Below, piece by piece: positions 30,148-40,178 of a DNA stretch of 64,000 nucleotides. Origin of the DNA: a virus (Duplodnaviria; Caudoviricetes); IMG/VR virus record IMGVR_UViG_2061766007_000342, positions 160,001-224,000 of that record, one strand, 5' to 3'. Numbering within the stretch: the first letter of the stretch is position 1; each line of letters starts with the position of its first letter. The notes below the pieces were generated by a model that was not told the DNA's origin, did no database searches, and saw only the letters and a list, made by a program, of their open reading frames with translations. The position numbers and the translations under genes are program-made.

Positions 30148-31095
30148 ATGAATTTGTTTGAATCTATGAAACTGGGACTGGAGACTTGTCCCGACATTGA
30201 TGAAGCAGATCGTAAGATGAACGACATGTATCCGGATCCACAACAATGGGCTGATGCATTCACACAGTATCAGCAACAGCCTCAGTTGTATCCAAACATT
30301 GGTACATTGATCTGTTCACCATATCCGGAAGACAACTGGGGTAATGTCAGTGGCATTATGGCTTCATTTGAAGAAGAGTTACGTTTTCCACAAAAGGATG
30401 ATAAGATTGATCCCAATCGAATCTATACCAGTGATATTGCTGCATTGCGTTCTTTAGCTGCGGATCAGATTCGTGTAAAGAAGTTGTTCGAGAAACGTTT
30501 AACGGAATCTTTGAAAGACAAAGATAAGTATGGGTTAAACGAGAATGACATCATGGCAATGCAAGCATTAACCGCAGCGAATAATGCTGTAACTGCTATT
30601 AACAAAGAACAAATCCAAATTAAGAAGAACATTGCTGACATTCGTTTGAAACAACAGCAACAACGTAATGCTGTTGGTAATGGCGGCAATGCATCAACTG
30701 GTGGAGATACTGGTAGTGGTTATACAAATTCTTCTATGATTGGTCGTCAGATGATGGATTCTATCTTTGAATCTGTCGGAACAACCGTTAGTAGTGGTCC
30801 TGTGAATATTGAATATGATAATGCACGGTCAATGGATATTGATCAAGCTGCGTCTATACTGGACAACTTGATTCCTGCAAACCCATCTTCTACTGCATAT
30901 GAAAATCTGAATCCAACAACATATGTCGTTGTTGATCAAACTGGTTCTCCATTGGGTTATGAGACATATGATGATCGTGGTAATATTATCGAAGATTATG
31001 ATAATCCAACCACTTCCATCAAAGAAGTAGATCCAACATCTATGACTGCGGTTGATGATTGTGAACGTCAGTATCCTGTCAAGTATAAAGGTTGA
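30148..31095 (+). CDS. Hypothetical protein with central coiled coil
   Basis: AGGAGGT SD; 315-aa ORF. Confidence 0.7.
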   Translation: MNLFESMKLGLETCPDIDEADRKMNDMYPDPQQWADAFTQYQQQPQLYPNIGTLICSPYPEDNWGNVSGIMASFEEELRFPQKDDKIDPNRIYTSDIAALRSLAADQIRVKKLFEKRLTESLKDKDKYGLNENDIMAMQALTAANNAVTAINKEQIQIKKNIADIRLKQQQQRNAVGNGGNASTGGDTGSGYTNSSMIGRQMMDSIFESVGTTVSSGPVNIEYDNARSMDIDQAASILDNLIPANPSSTAYENLNPTTYVVVDQTGSPLGYETYDDRGNIIEDYDNPTTSIKEVDPTSMTAVDDCERQYPVKYKG

Positions 31096-31109
31096 TGTAA
31101 ATATGAATG

Positions 31110-31133
31110 ATGTGGGGGCAATTGCCCCCACAT
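31110..31133. terminator. Hairpin
   Basis: atgtgggggc-aatt-gcccccacat. Confidence 0.65.
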
Positions 31134-31233
31134 ATAAAAATATTAAGACCAAAATATAATTGTACCTGGTATTGTTCCGATTCGCAATACCGTAAACAAT
31201 TAACAAATCTAATGTAAAGGAGATTTAAGGAAT

Positions 31234-34200
31234 ATGATTGATCCTAAATACAGTTTGAAGTATTCATTTCCACATAGCGTTGTTCACATCGTGGACAATT
31301 CTATGGTAACTGGTGAAACTGTTGTCCCTCAGGTTCAGGATCCGTCTGTTTACTCCACCATCGTTGTCACTGGACTTCCGATGGGTGAAGATAACAGATT
31401 CATCAGTGTCTCTCGATCTGATGTACTGAACACCGGTTTCGGAATCAATACTTTGACCACAAGTGATATCGTTAAGTATTCCCAGGCGGTTGAATACCCG
31501 ATGGCACTTCTCCAACAGAATGTACCCGTAAAGCTGATGCGTATTACACCGGATGATGCAACCTATGGTATTGCAGTTATCATGGTTCAGTGGAAGAAGC
31601 TTGAAGAGATTCGCAACAACAAGTTTGAAGTTCGCTTCAATGTATTGTCTGAAGATAAGATCAACAGCACACTCACTGATCTGTCTGAGTACAAGAACGT
31701 TGCTCGTCTGAACAAAGCACTTGTCAACAGACTGAACAATGCTGATGATGATTCCGTTTGCGATTTCATTCTGACAATGTCTCAGCCTTCTGATTGGACA
31801 ACCAATTGGAAGACTTATTACAAGTACGACACTGCTCAGAAGAGATATGTATCTCTTGAAAAGACCGATCCGGAGGAAGCACCTGAGTGGGCAGCTAATA
31901 CGTACTATGAGCGTAAGCAGGTTTGGAACCAGGCTGTGTTCATGACTGTAATCTCTGCTGGTCGTGGCTCCGCATATAACCGTATGAAGTTCTTCATCAA
32001 CAAGACCACACAGGCTCGTCGTCAGACCGCTGTTACCTATAACTTCGGTACGATCGATACTCTGAATGGTTTAACGGTTGAGAACTTCACAGCGACGTTG
32101 ATTAACAATTCCAACTCTGTACTGAGTACGGATTCAATCAACTCTTATTCCACTAAGATTGATACTGTCAACATCGCTGTTGCTAAGCGCGTTGAAGGTT
32201 CTTCTGTACTCGTTCCGACTGTGAATGAGACTGCAGTTCAGACTGTATTCGATGCTTATATGGAATACTTCAGATCCAAGAAGGAGATCGGTGATTCTGA
32301 ATATGCTTCCTATGGTGCTGCATATGATGAGATCTATCGTACACTGAACTCTTCCAAGTTCGATATGCTGTACGGTCAGTTCACCTACAAGGATTCCACC
32401 TTCAAGCTTCCGTACTACCAGGTTGACATGTATGATACCGAGGTTCCGAAGCTTCCTGAGAATCAGCTTGCTGTTACTCGTCTGAAGATCGATGACACTA
32501 AGACTGATGCACCGAATTATGAAAGCTCTATGGGCGCTGTATGTAAAACCATTCAGGGTTATGGTGTAACGTTTGATGCAAACAAAGTACCGATTGCAAA
32601 TATCGATACTGCTGTACCGAATTTCGTATTTGATACATTTATCAAGCAAGCTATCTCTCAGACTTTCAATGATAACAATGCACCCGCACCTGGTGATGTA
32701 TATCTGAGTGGTACCAACTCGAAGAATCCGTTCTTCACTCTTGTTACCGGCGTTAACCTGAAGAATGGTGCAATTACTACTATTCCAATTACTAAGGTAT
32801 TTCCGGCTGATCTATCTGGTGTTGTTGATACAAGTGCAGAGAGCGTTTCGATCTCTCGAGTATTCAGTAACATTTCTCCGATTCTGGATCCGGGTGATTC
32901 TAGAACAGATGTAATCCAGAAGTTAAACAATGCTGGTGATAACTTCTATGTTGGTGAAGTCATCATTGTAACCGGCGTCTATAAGGGTGCCTCTGAGTCT
33001 TACAAACAGTTTGCATTGTACACTATCACCGGTGTTGATTCTAACAAGAAGATTACCGGTCTTGCTCCATATAAGACGAACCTGTATCGCGCATTCGATT
33101 ATACTTCTAATTATCTTGGTAATGCAGTATTTTCTCAGATCTGTCTGGCTTCCCAGATTAGTGATGAAGCAAGCAAGGGTTCTGCATGGACCCGTCTCGG
33201 CTCACTGTTTATCAATGATATTCGTGAAGAGTGGAAAGATAACCAGGGCACTCAGTCGTTCCATGGTACTCAGGCGGATAACGCTTCCCATTTCGATACT
33301 TCAACAACTACTCCGAGATACCTTGCGTACTTTGATATTACCGGTAAGCCTGTATTCTACACTGTATCTGCATATGCAACAACATATGATACTGATGCTC
33401 GGGATAGTGCTTACAGTGGTCATACTACGATCTTCCGTGCATTCACGTCTGTTCCTACGGGTGTTGCTGTCAATGTATCAGCTGACATTATCGGTGAACA
33501 GTTCGATGCACTCGTATATGATCGCAGCAGTGAACTGAATCCGTTCATTGTTAATCCGGAGATTGATCCCGCAGATTACATTTACAGATGTAATGTCCAG
33601 AGCGCAGTCAACAATACTTACCGTGTGACATATGCTGCTGGTATTGATGTACCTTCCAATTATTATGTCAACAACTACGGTGACATTCTGTATGCGTCCG
33701 CATCAATGTCTACATCCGAGGGTGGTATTCCGATTGCATGTGGTTCTACTGGATTCTTCGATGAGAATATCTCTGAACTGGAATTCAAGTGGAGATACTC
33801 TGCACTGCTTGTCAAGGCATTCCGTGGTGAGATTGATCCGAGAATTCTGTCTCCGATTCGTGTACCCGCATTCTATCTGTTCGATGCAGGATTCAATACC
33901 GTTTGTGGTATGAATGTACTTCCGTACACTGTACCGAATGTAGAGGATGTTATCTATGCTTCCTCCATCTTCACTGAGGATGAGAAGGAATCTGTTCTGT
34001 ATGACAAGAGTGTTATTGCAAACATCAAGTCTTATGAGGATATTGATGTTAAGCAGGCGATGTATGACCTGATGATCGAGCGTGTATACCAGCGTATTCC
34101 TGAGGCTAACAGACCTGTTGGTCCCGGTTCTGGTTTGTCACTCCATCTCGACTCCGGTGTAACTGATGCCGAGACTGCAATCTCCATCAACAACTCCTTC

Positions 34201-34830
34201 AAGCAGCGTTTTGATAACCCGAACGCATCTTGGGATATCGGTGGTTATGTGAGTGCGGATAATGGCGTATCTTATACATATCTGATGCAGATTGTTAAGA
34301 ACTGCTTTACGCATTATCGTAACTACTCCGTCAACAAGCCGTTCGTCGGTGATTACTCCGCAATTGACAAGAGTGCTTATCTCAGCTTCTTCCCAGATCT
34401 GGATGCAACCGATTGGGAGATGAGAGAGCTGTACTACAATAGCGGTGGTAATGCTTGGATCCAGGATGCTCGTGGTAGCATCACTCGTCGTTCTCAAAGA
34501 TCTCTGTATCGTGAAGAGACTGGTACGAGCGATCTCTATCAGGAATCCAATATGAGAACCCTGTCCCAGTTCTGCTACCTCATTCAGGAGGAGATTGATC
34601 ACTATCTGTTGGAGTACAACGATGATGGTGTTATCAAGACCATGCAGGAAGCAGTAAACAACAAGTTTGCTGGTTGGGCTGGTAATCTCGTACAGTCTTA
34701 CGACATTAACTTCGCACGTGATTACAACACTGACGGTAGTGACATTCTCATTTGTAATGTTAATGTTACATTCCGTGGACTCATTCTCCGTGTTCCGATC
34801 ATTGTGAATGTCAACAGACGTACCAATTGA
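31234..34830 (+). CDS. Contractile tail sheath protein with large insertion domains
   Basis: N-terminal ...MRITPDDAT, GRGSAYN; C-terminal RSQRSLY...SDLYQESNMR...VNVTFRGL typical of sheath core; precedes tube-like gene; highly expressed codon style. Confidence 0.75.
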   Translation: MIDPKYSLKYSFPHSVVHIVDNSMVTGETVVPQVQDPSVYSTIVVTGLPMGEDNRFISVSRSDVLNTGFGINTLTTSDIVKYSQAVEYPMALLQQNVPVKLMRITPDDATYGIAVIMVQWKKLEEIRNNKFEVRFNVLSEDKINSTLTDLSEYKNVARLNKALVNRLNNADDDSVCDFILTMSQPSDWTTNWKTYYKYDTAQKRYVSLEKTDPEEAPEWAANTYYERKQVWNQAVFMTVISAGRGSAYNRMKFFINKTTQARRQTAVTYNFGTIDTLNGLTVENFTATLINNSNSVLSTDSINSYSTKIDTVNIAVAKRVEGSSVLVPTVNETAVQTVFDAYMEYFRSKKEIGDSEYASYGAAYDEIYRTLNSSKFDMLYGQFTYKDSTFKLPYYQVDMYDTEVPKLPENQLAVTRLKIDDTKTDAPNYESSMGAVCKTIQGYGVTFDANKVPIANIDTAVPNFVFDTFIKQAISQTFNDNNAPAPGDVYLSGTNSKNPFFTLVTGVNLKNGAITTIPITKVFPADLSGVVDTSAESVSISRVFSNISPILDPGDSRTDVIQKLNNAGDNFYVGEVIIVTGVYKGASESYKQFALYTITGVDSNKKITGLAPYKTNLYRAFDYTSNYLGNAVFSQICLASQISDEASKGSAWTRLGSLFINDIREEWKDNQGTQSFHGTQADNASHFDTSTTTPRYLAYFDITGKPVFYTVSAYATTYDTDARDSAYSGHTTIFRAFTSVPTGVAVNVSADIIGEQFDALVYDRSSELNPFIVNPEIDPADYIYRCNVQSAVNNTYRVTYAAGIDVPSNYYVNNYGDILYASASMSTSEGGIPIACGSTGFFDENISELEFKWRYSALLVKAFRGEIDPRILSPIRVPAFYLFDAGFNTVCGMNVLPYTVPNVEDVIYASSIFTEDEKESVLYDKSVIANIKSYEDIDVKQAMYDLMIERVYQRIPEANRPVGPGSGLSLHLDSGVTDAETAISINNSFKQRFDNPNASWDIGGYVSADNGVSYTYLMQIVKNCFTHYRNYSVNKPFVGDYSAIDKSAYLSFFPDLDATDWEMRELYYNSGGNAWIQDARGSITRRSQRSLYREETGTSDLYQESNMRTLSQFCYLIQEEIDHYLLEYNDDGVIKTMQEAVNNKFAGWAGNLVQSYDINFARDYNTDGSDILICNVNVTFRGLILRVPIIVNVNRRTN

Positions 34831-34854
34831 TTCTATAGAAAGGAGATATAAGTT

Positions 34855-35985
34855 ATGGCTATTAGCTTGCAATCTGGTATCCGTGAATATAACGGCGACC
34901 TTTCACAATATACAGGCATGCTCGGTGGCTTAACTCCGGACGTTCACACGCTCCGGAGTTTAAACCCCGAAACGACCAACCGTGTCATCTGTGTTATGTA
35001 TCGTGGTCCGTACTTCCTGATGCACTACTTTGGTGGTGATGGTGCCAATGCATATGATCATCGTAGTCCGTTCATGACCTACAAAAAGGTCATTGAATAC
35101 TACAATATGGGTATTCGTCCGAATATCCAGGATCAGCAGCTTGGTTCCACACAGCTTCAGGGTGGCTTTGCTGGTAGAACGATTCCGATTCCTACTACAC
35201 AGAATGCTTCCCAGGGTCAGACACTGACGATCCGTGTTCCGGAACTCGTTGGTCGTCCTATGGCGAATGTTCATAATATGTGGGTTGATGGTATTGCTGA
35301 TGCAGTTACTGGTTTGACCACATATCATGGCCTGGTCGCTGGTAGTATTGGCGAGGACAATACTCCTCAACGAGTATTCACCAATACAACTGGTTCAGGT
35401 TCCACTGAGGCATTGGAGCCTTCACCTGCATGGGAAGTTGCAGAATTCCTGATCATTGCACTGGATCGTTCTGGTGCACGTGTTGAAGGTGCTCTGATGG
35501 CACTGGGTTGTGTTCCTTCTGGTAAGGTTGGTAATGATACATTGTTCCAGCATGAGAACAATGGTCAGTCTCAGGTTCAACAGCTTGAACTGACTTACAA
35601 CTGCCAGTTCATTCAGTCCGCATATGTAAATGACTTGGCGTCTCGTTACGTTCGTCAGTTTGCTGTATTCGGTAACTCTCTGAACTACAATCCTGGTGCT
35701 GGTGATGCATTCTTCACGGATGTTACCAAGTCTACCGAGATCGATACCCCGATGTTCAACAATGGTGTTCGTCCGACGCTGGATGCTGTTCAGAGTGGTG
35801 TTGGCAATGCTCCGGTATTCAAGGCCAAGGGAGATTATGTCTCTCGTCCTGGTGCCAAGGAGCATATTGTTACCCCAGCGGATCATTCTCGTATCTACGG
35901 AAACAACCAAGCAAGTGGCGAGTTGGATGCAACTCCCACGAGTATTGCAAATCCGTACGATATCGGCAATGCTGCTCCCGGTTGA
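34855..35985 (+). CDS. Putative tail tube protein
   Basis: Immediately downstream of sheath; LTIRVPELVG...WVDGIADAVTGLTTYHG tube-like block. Confidence 0.6.
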   Translation: MAISLQSGIREYNGDLSQYTGMLGGLTPDVHTLRSLNPETTNRVICVMYRGPYFLMHYFGGDGANAYDHRSPFMTYKKVIEYYNMGIRPNIQDQQLGSTQLQGGFAGRTIPIPTTQNASQGQTLTIRVPELVGRPMANVHNMWVDGIADAVTGLTTYHGLVAGSIGEDNTPQRVFTNTTGSGSTEALEPSPAWEVAEFLIIALDRSGARVEGALMALGCVPSGKVGNDTLFQHENNGQSQVQQLELTYNCQFIQSAYVNDLASRYVRQFAVFGNSLNYNPGAGDAFFTDVTKSTEIDTPMFNNGVRPTLDAVQSGVGNAPVFKAKGDYVSRPGAKEHIVTPADHSRIYGNNQASGELDATPTSIANPYDIGNAAPG

Positions 35986-36000
35986 TAAAAAAATACACTG

Positions 36001-36035
36001 GATTGGTGGGGCGTCCAAGCCCCACCAATCTTTTG
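36001..36035. terminator. Terminator between convergent genes
   Basis: gattggtggggc-gtccaa-gccccaccaatc-tttt. Confidence 0.75.
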
Positions 36036-36038
36036 TAA

Positions 36039-36434
36039 TTATGTCAATATGAATAATTCGATGATATCGAATCTCTCATAATACATTCGCAATGAAACAT
36101 AACGTACATCACGGAATGTGAATATGGATAATCCAATTTGATTTAACTTCTTATCCGATTTTGTTACCATCTTTTTGGAGATGATAATACCATCATTCAA
36201 CGGTGTTGGTTCTTTTGCTTTTCCGATGATGGTTCGATCATAATAACAGTATTCTGCATTGATTGCAGCTTGTATTAGATCGTCATCATGAATCGTATCC
36301 AATTCATCTAAATCAAATGATTCAGCCTGTAATTCTTTATACAAAGCATCGTCATGAATGATAAACCGATATTTGTAATTCTTCGGTTTATGCGTGTTGA
36401 TTAATTTGGTTGCGGACATTAACTCTTTACCCAC
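36039..36434 (-). CDS. Hypothetical protein
   Basis: GGAG SD, GTG start, overlaps upstream ORF. Confidence 0.6.
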   Translation of the reverse strand: MGKELMSATKLINTHKPKNYKYRFIIHDDALYKELQAESFDLDELDTIHDDDLIQAAINAEYCYYDRTIIGKAKEPTPLNDGIIISKKMVTKSDKKLNQIGLSIFTFRDVRYVSLRMYYERFDIIELFILT

Positions 36435-37084
36435 GTGGAATCTCTCCTATCTGAAAATGTAATCACATGTTTCACAAAATACCGAACATATGCTTCTAAT
36501 GTAATCGGTAAACGCCGTGATGGATTAATCTTGAACATGAATCGATTATAAAGATCATCTAATGATGATAAATCATAATCAGAATTTTCATATTCTTGTT
36601 CAAACTGTTCTAAGTCTTTTTTGACAGTGAAGTATGATGTATCACATGCAGGACATCCATCTAAGATATCATAATCAAACGCAAATATCATCGGTATATC
36701 ATCAATGAGTTTATTGACAATATTAATGAATGGGATATCACGTCTGAATATCATCTCGCCAAATATTAAGTAATCTGATAATCCTTCAACAACAGTTTCG
36801 GTTGCCGCTGTTACATATTCAGATGTCGTAACGATATGATGGATCTGTTTTGTTGTATTGGAAAACATCTGATACTCTTGAAGTGTATGATATTCTAAAT
36901 CATCACCATCATAATCGTTCGGTAATGTCTCAATCGTAACAGCTGACATATCGAATTTATGTTGTAACATAAACTTGTATATCATCTGATCATCAATTGA
37001 ATATACGCGATGACATAACAAGTTATCATCATTTGGCGTTGCTTTATTCTGTTTAGAATACGGAGAAAAACGAATTCTATACAT
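36419..37084 (-). CDS. Hypothetical protein (start revised to 37084)
   Basis: GGAAAGGTG SD before ATG TAT AGA. Confidence 0.6.
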   Translation of the reverse strand: MYRIRFSPYSKQNKATPNDDNLLCHRVYSIDDQMIYKFMLQHKFDMSAVTIETLPNDYDGDDLEYHTLQEYQMFSNTTKQIHHIVTTSEYVTAATETVVEGLSDYLIFGEMIFRRDIPFINIVNKLIDDIPMIFAFDYDILDGCPACDTSYFTVKKDLEQFEQEYENSDYDLSSLDDLYNRFMFKINPSRRLPITLEAYVRYFVKHVITFSDRRDSTWVKS

Positions 37085-37793
37085 TATGTTCACCTTTCCA
37101 TTGTCTGGTTTCTTCAATTACAACATTCGCCAAGAATGCTAACAATTGCAAATTGTATGCTTTATAATCGGCACCAACTCTACCAAATGGAACATAATAC
37201 TGTTGTGGTAGTTTATCTTGCAGATATTGCATTTGGAATTTGGATAAGTAATTGAAGATATCTTCATCATAGTCTTCGATCATACGGAATACTTTCTTGA
37301 TATGGAGATTAATCCCCATGGTTTGTTCCATCAACATGGTTTGATTAATGTTTTGATACTTGATGTAATCATTCATATAATACATATTGATGTTTTTAAA
37401 CCTCATGAATGAAGTCCATTCACCTTTCTTACGGAAGTTAACACCTTCGATATCAGTGATAACTTTGTTACGAGTTCTCATGAAGACTGCATCAGAATGC
37501 AATGCAATGATATCATCCGTCGATAAATTATTTTGTATAATAAATTTTTGGCGGATATCCCTAATACCTGATAATAGGCTTTGAGAGAAGTCTTTATCTT
37601 CTCTTTGTATTAAGCCAATCTTCACGACACGGTCTTCTTTTTTCATGAGATTCAATTGTGTGATCAAGTCATTATCCAACAATTGAAATCTCTTGGCGAT
37701 GGATAATGACGCTGCTTCCATATCATATTCACATATGTGTTCATGAAACATGTATTGAATGTCGTTATTTTCCCAAACTTGCTTATCATGCAT
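37077..37793 (-). CDS. Small PolB-palm-like protein
   Basis: Motif A-like CEYDMEAAS and motif C-like IALHSDAVF; 238 aa, no exonuclease domain. Confidence 0.5.
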   Translation of the reverse strand: MHDKQVWENNDIQYMFHEHICEYDMEAASLSIAKRFQLLDNDLITQLNLMKKEDRVVKIGLIQREDKDFSQSLLSGIRDIRQKFIIQNNLSTDDIIALHSDAVFMRTRNKVITDIEGVNFRKKGEWTSFMRFKNINMYYMNDYIKYQNINQTMLMEQTMGINLHIKKVFRMIEDYDEDIFNYLSKFQMQYLQDKLPQQYYVPFGRVGADYKAYNLQLLAFLANVVIEETRQWKGEHNV

Positions 37794-37883
37794 GATGCAT
37801 GACCCCCTTTCGTGTAATTGATATCTTATAAAAGATATAAGTATCGATTAAAAATAAATACACTATCTAAGGAGTTGAAAACT

Positions 37884-39761
37884 GTGAACGAAAACAACAA
37901 TGAGTTTCATGACGAACTTGATGACGTGATTGCTCGTGCAACCAAGAAGTTCGGACTGAACAATGATGAACCCATTGATGATGTTGCAACTCCGGTTGTT
38001 CCGGAGACACCCATTGTCAATGAAGAAGTGCCAGCAACTCCAACGGTGAATTATGTTGATAATGATCTGTTGGATATGGATCTGGATGATGATATGGATG
38101 ATGATATTCATATTGATGATCCCGATGATGATCCATATGGTGTAAGAGATTTTGACCGTGAAATGGAAGAAGAAGATCGTCAACGTGAGCTGATTCGTCA
38201 GCAGCAGTTACAAGAGGCAAAGAACCGTCAAGAAGAAATGAATGATGGTATGCGTGCATTACCCCCACAGTCTCTTGACAAGAATTTCCAGAAGGAAGCT
38301 ATTGATTTCCAGACTGACAATCTCAGTATTGTCACTGGTATGGTGGAACGTGTCAAAGCAAAGTATCATCTCAAGGGTGGTATCAAGAATGACCGTCTGA
38401 GAATGGTTATGGGAGATCTGTTGGAAGAATACTACAACAACGGTGAAGAGATCACTCCTCGGTTTGAAAAGATCATTATGGATAACTGGACACATGTTGG
38501 AGATAATGGTGAAGAGTATTCCAATACCGATGTACCACCGACCCAGAATGCTGTTGTTAACAATACAACAGCAGAACGACTTGAAGATGTTCAACCCGTT
38601 GAAGTCAATATTGATGTTACACCCGATCAGCCAGTAACTGTCAACATTGATGATGAGATTGTTAATGCAATCAACAAGAAGCGTGTTGTCAATATCAATG
38701 TTCGTGAGTTAACCTCGAAGGATATGGATAAGGTAACTGTCATTGAGAACTCTCCTCGTGAAGGTATCATTCGTTCCTTTGATACTGGATTGGGTTATAC
38801 ACCTCTGACACTTCCGTTATCTGCATATCGTTGTATGATCAAGCCAATGAACTTCTTCGATATGATTTCTATGAATGCTCCTGACAATAACTCTCCGGTG
38901 GATTATCATCTGAAGCGTTGGAGAACCATTTATGATCATCTGAAGAATCCGTCGATTGGAGAATTCAAAGACTTTGAGGACTTCTTGAAGAATACCAAGT
39001 ACAATGATATGACACTGCTGGAGTGGGGTCTGTTGACAGCAACCTCTGATGATGAAGAGACACTGACGCTTGAGTGTGGAAATCCCAAGTGTAAGCAAGA
39101 GTTCATTCATCGTTACACACCACGTACGTTGATACATCCGAAGCCGGACAAGCTTCCTCCGGAATATGATGAGATCTCTAAGACTGGTGGTGAACGTGCA
39201 ATTCAACTGCATGATCAGATTGCTAGTAAACGTACACGTTATCGTTTACCAAATTCCAAGGTTGTTATTGAAATCTGGGAGCCTTCTGCATATGAATATC
39301 TGACAATCAAGCTTCCGTTGATTATGTCTCGTTATCAGGAGAGATTCCCGAATGATCCCAACATGGAAATGATGCAGGATGAGAATCGTCGTAATTCTGA
39401 TCCGAGAATGATGGAGTTTTCCATTATGATGTCAATGATGATGCGTATTCCTGCAATCATTGTTCCACCTCCGGATGAAGATGACTTCAATACACCACAT
39501 GAGTATCGTTTCACAAATTGGGATGATATTGAAGAACAGCTGGGGATGCTTCCGATGGAAGATACACTTGCAATCTTCAAACTCATTTCCGAACAAGACG
39601 ACTCTGCTCCGATTGACTTCTATGTATCTGATATCCAGTGTCCTCATTGTGGTCGTAAGGAGCCTCGCGGATTACCTGTAACGAACCTTGTACAGAACTT
39701 GATTTTCCGCGTATCTCGAAGACTTCAGAATACAGAGATAAACTTGACGAGGCTGGATTAA
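37884..39761 (+). CDS. Putative baseplate-hub/tail assembly chaperone (T4 gp26/gp51-like C-terminus) with long acidic N-terminus
   Basis: AAGGAG SD and GTG at 37884; LPLS...IKP, ECGNPKC, QCPHCG; D/E-rich disordered N-terminus. Confidence 0.5.
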   Translation: MNENNNEFHDELDDVIARATKKFGLNNDEPIDDVATPVVPETPIVNEEVPATPTVNYVDNDLLDMDLDDDMDDDIHIDDPDDDPYGVRDFDREMEEEDRQRELIRQQQLQEAKNRQEEMNDGMRALPPQSLDKNFQKEAIDFQTDNLSIVTGMVERVKAKYHLKGGIKNDRLRMVMGDLLEEYYNNGEEITPRFEKIIMDNWTHVGDNGEEYSNTDVPPTQNAVVNNTTAERLEDVQPVEVNIDVTPDQPVTVNIDDEIVNAINKKRVVNINVRELTSKDMDKVTVIENSPREGIIRSFDTGLGYTPLTLPLSAYRCMIKPMNFFDMISMNAPDNNSPVDYHLKRWRTIYDHLKNPSIGEFKDFEDFLKNTKYNDMTLLEWGLLTATSDDEETLTLECGNPKCKQEFIHRYTPRTLIHPKPDKLPPEYDEISKTGGERAIQLHDQIASKRTRYRLPNSKVVIEIWEPSAYEYLTIKLPLIMSRYQERFPNDPNMEMMQDENRRNSDPRMMEFSIMMSMMMRIPAIIVPPPDEDDFNTPHEYRFTNWDDIEEQLGMLPMEDTLAIFKLISEQDDSAPIDFYVSDIQCPHCGRKEPRGLPVTNLVQNLIFRVSRRLQNTEINLTRLD

Positions 39762-39763
39762 CC

Positions 39764-39976
39764 TTGTTAGAAGACGCAGAACTATTCAAGAATTTAATCC
39801 CATTGGATATTCTTGAATCATTACCGCTTCCTTTACTGCGCCGTCTTCGAGAACTACAACGGAAGCGTCGTGCATATCGTGCGCAACAACAAAGTGTTTC
39901 CGGTGGTAATCATACCACCGGAAATATTAACATTAACACATCAGCATTAAGCGAATTACTCATGGATGAAATGTAA
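39764..39976 (+). CDS. Small protein in the -1 frame following the chaperone gene
   Basis: 70-aa ORF, weak SD, frame open ~100 nt upstream inside the preceding gene. Confidence 0.5.
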   Translation: MLEDAELFKNLIPLDILESLPLPLLRRLRELQRKRRAYRAQQQSVSGGNHTTGNININTSALSELLMDEM

Positions 39977-40006
39977 CATTTTATACCAAAAGGAGAGTGA
40001 TTCGCA

Positions 40007-40159
40007 ATGGAATCAAATAATACAAATTACAAATTGAATGATGTCGTGAATTGGTATTTTTCTAATTATGGGATACCATATACAGTTGAACATTATATCG
40101 AAATCCGACAAGCATATTATGAACAACATCCCGTTGGGACAACATCATCAACGTCGTAA
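40007..40159 (+). CDS. 50-aa hypothetical protein (not in ORF track)
   Basis: AAAGGAGAG SD; MESNNTNYKLNDVVNWYFSNYGIPYTVEHYIEIRQAYYEQHPVGTTSSTS. Confidence 0.55.
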   Translation: MESNNTNYKLNDVVNWYFSNYGIPYTVEHYIEIRQAYYEQHPVGTTSSTS

Positions 40160-40178
40160 TGATTGGAGTGATAGCATA

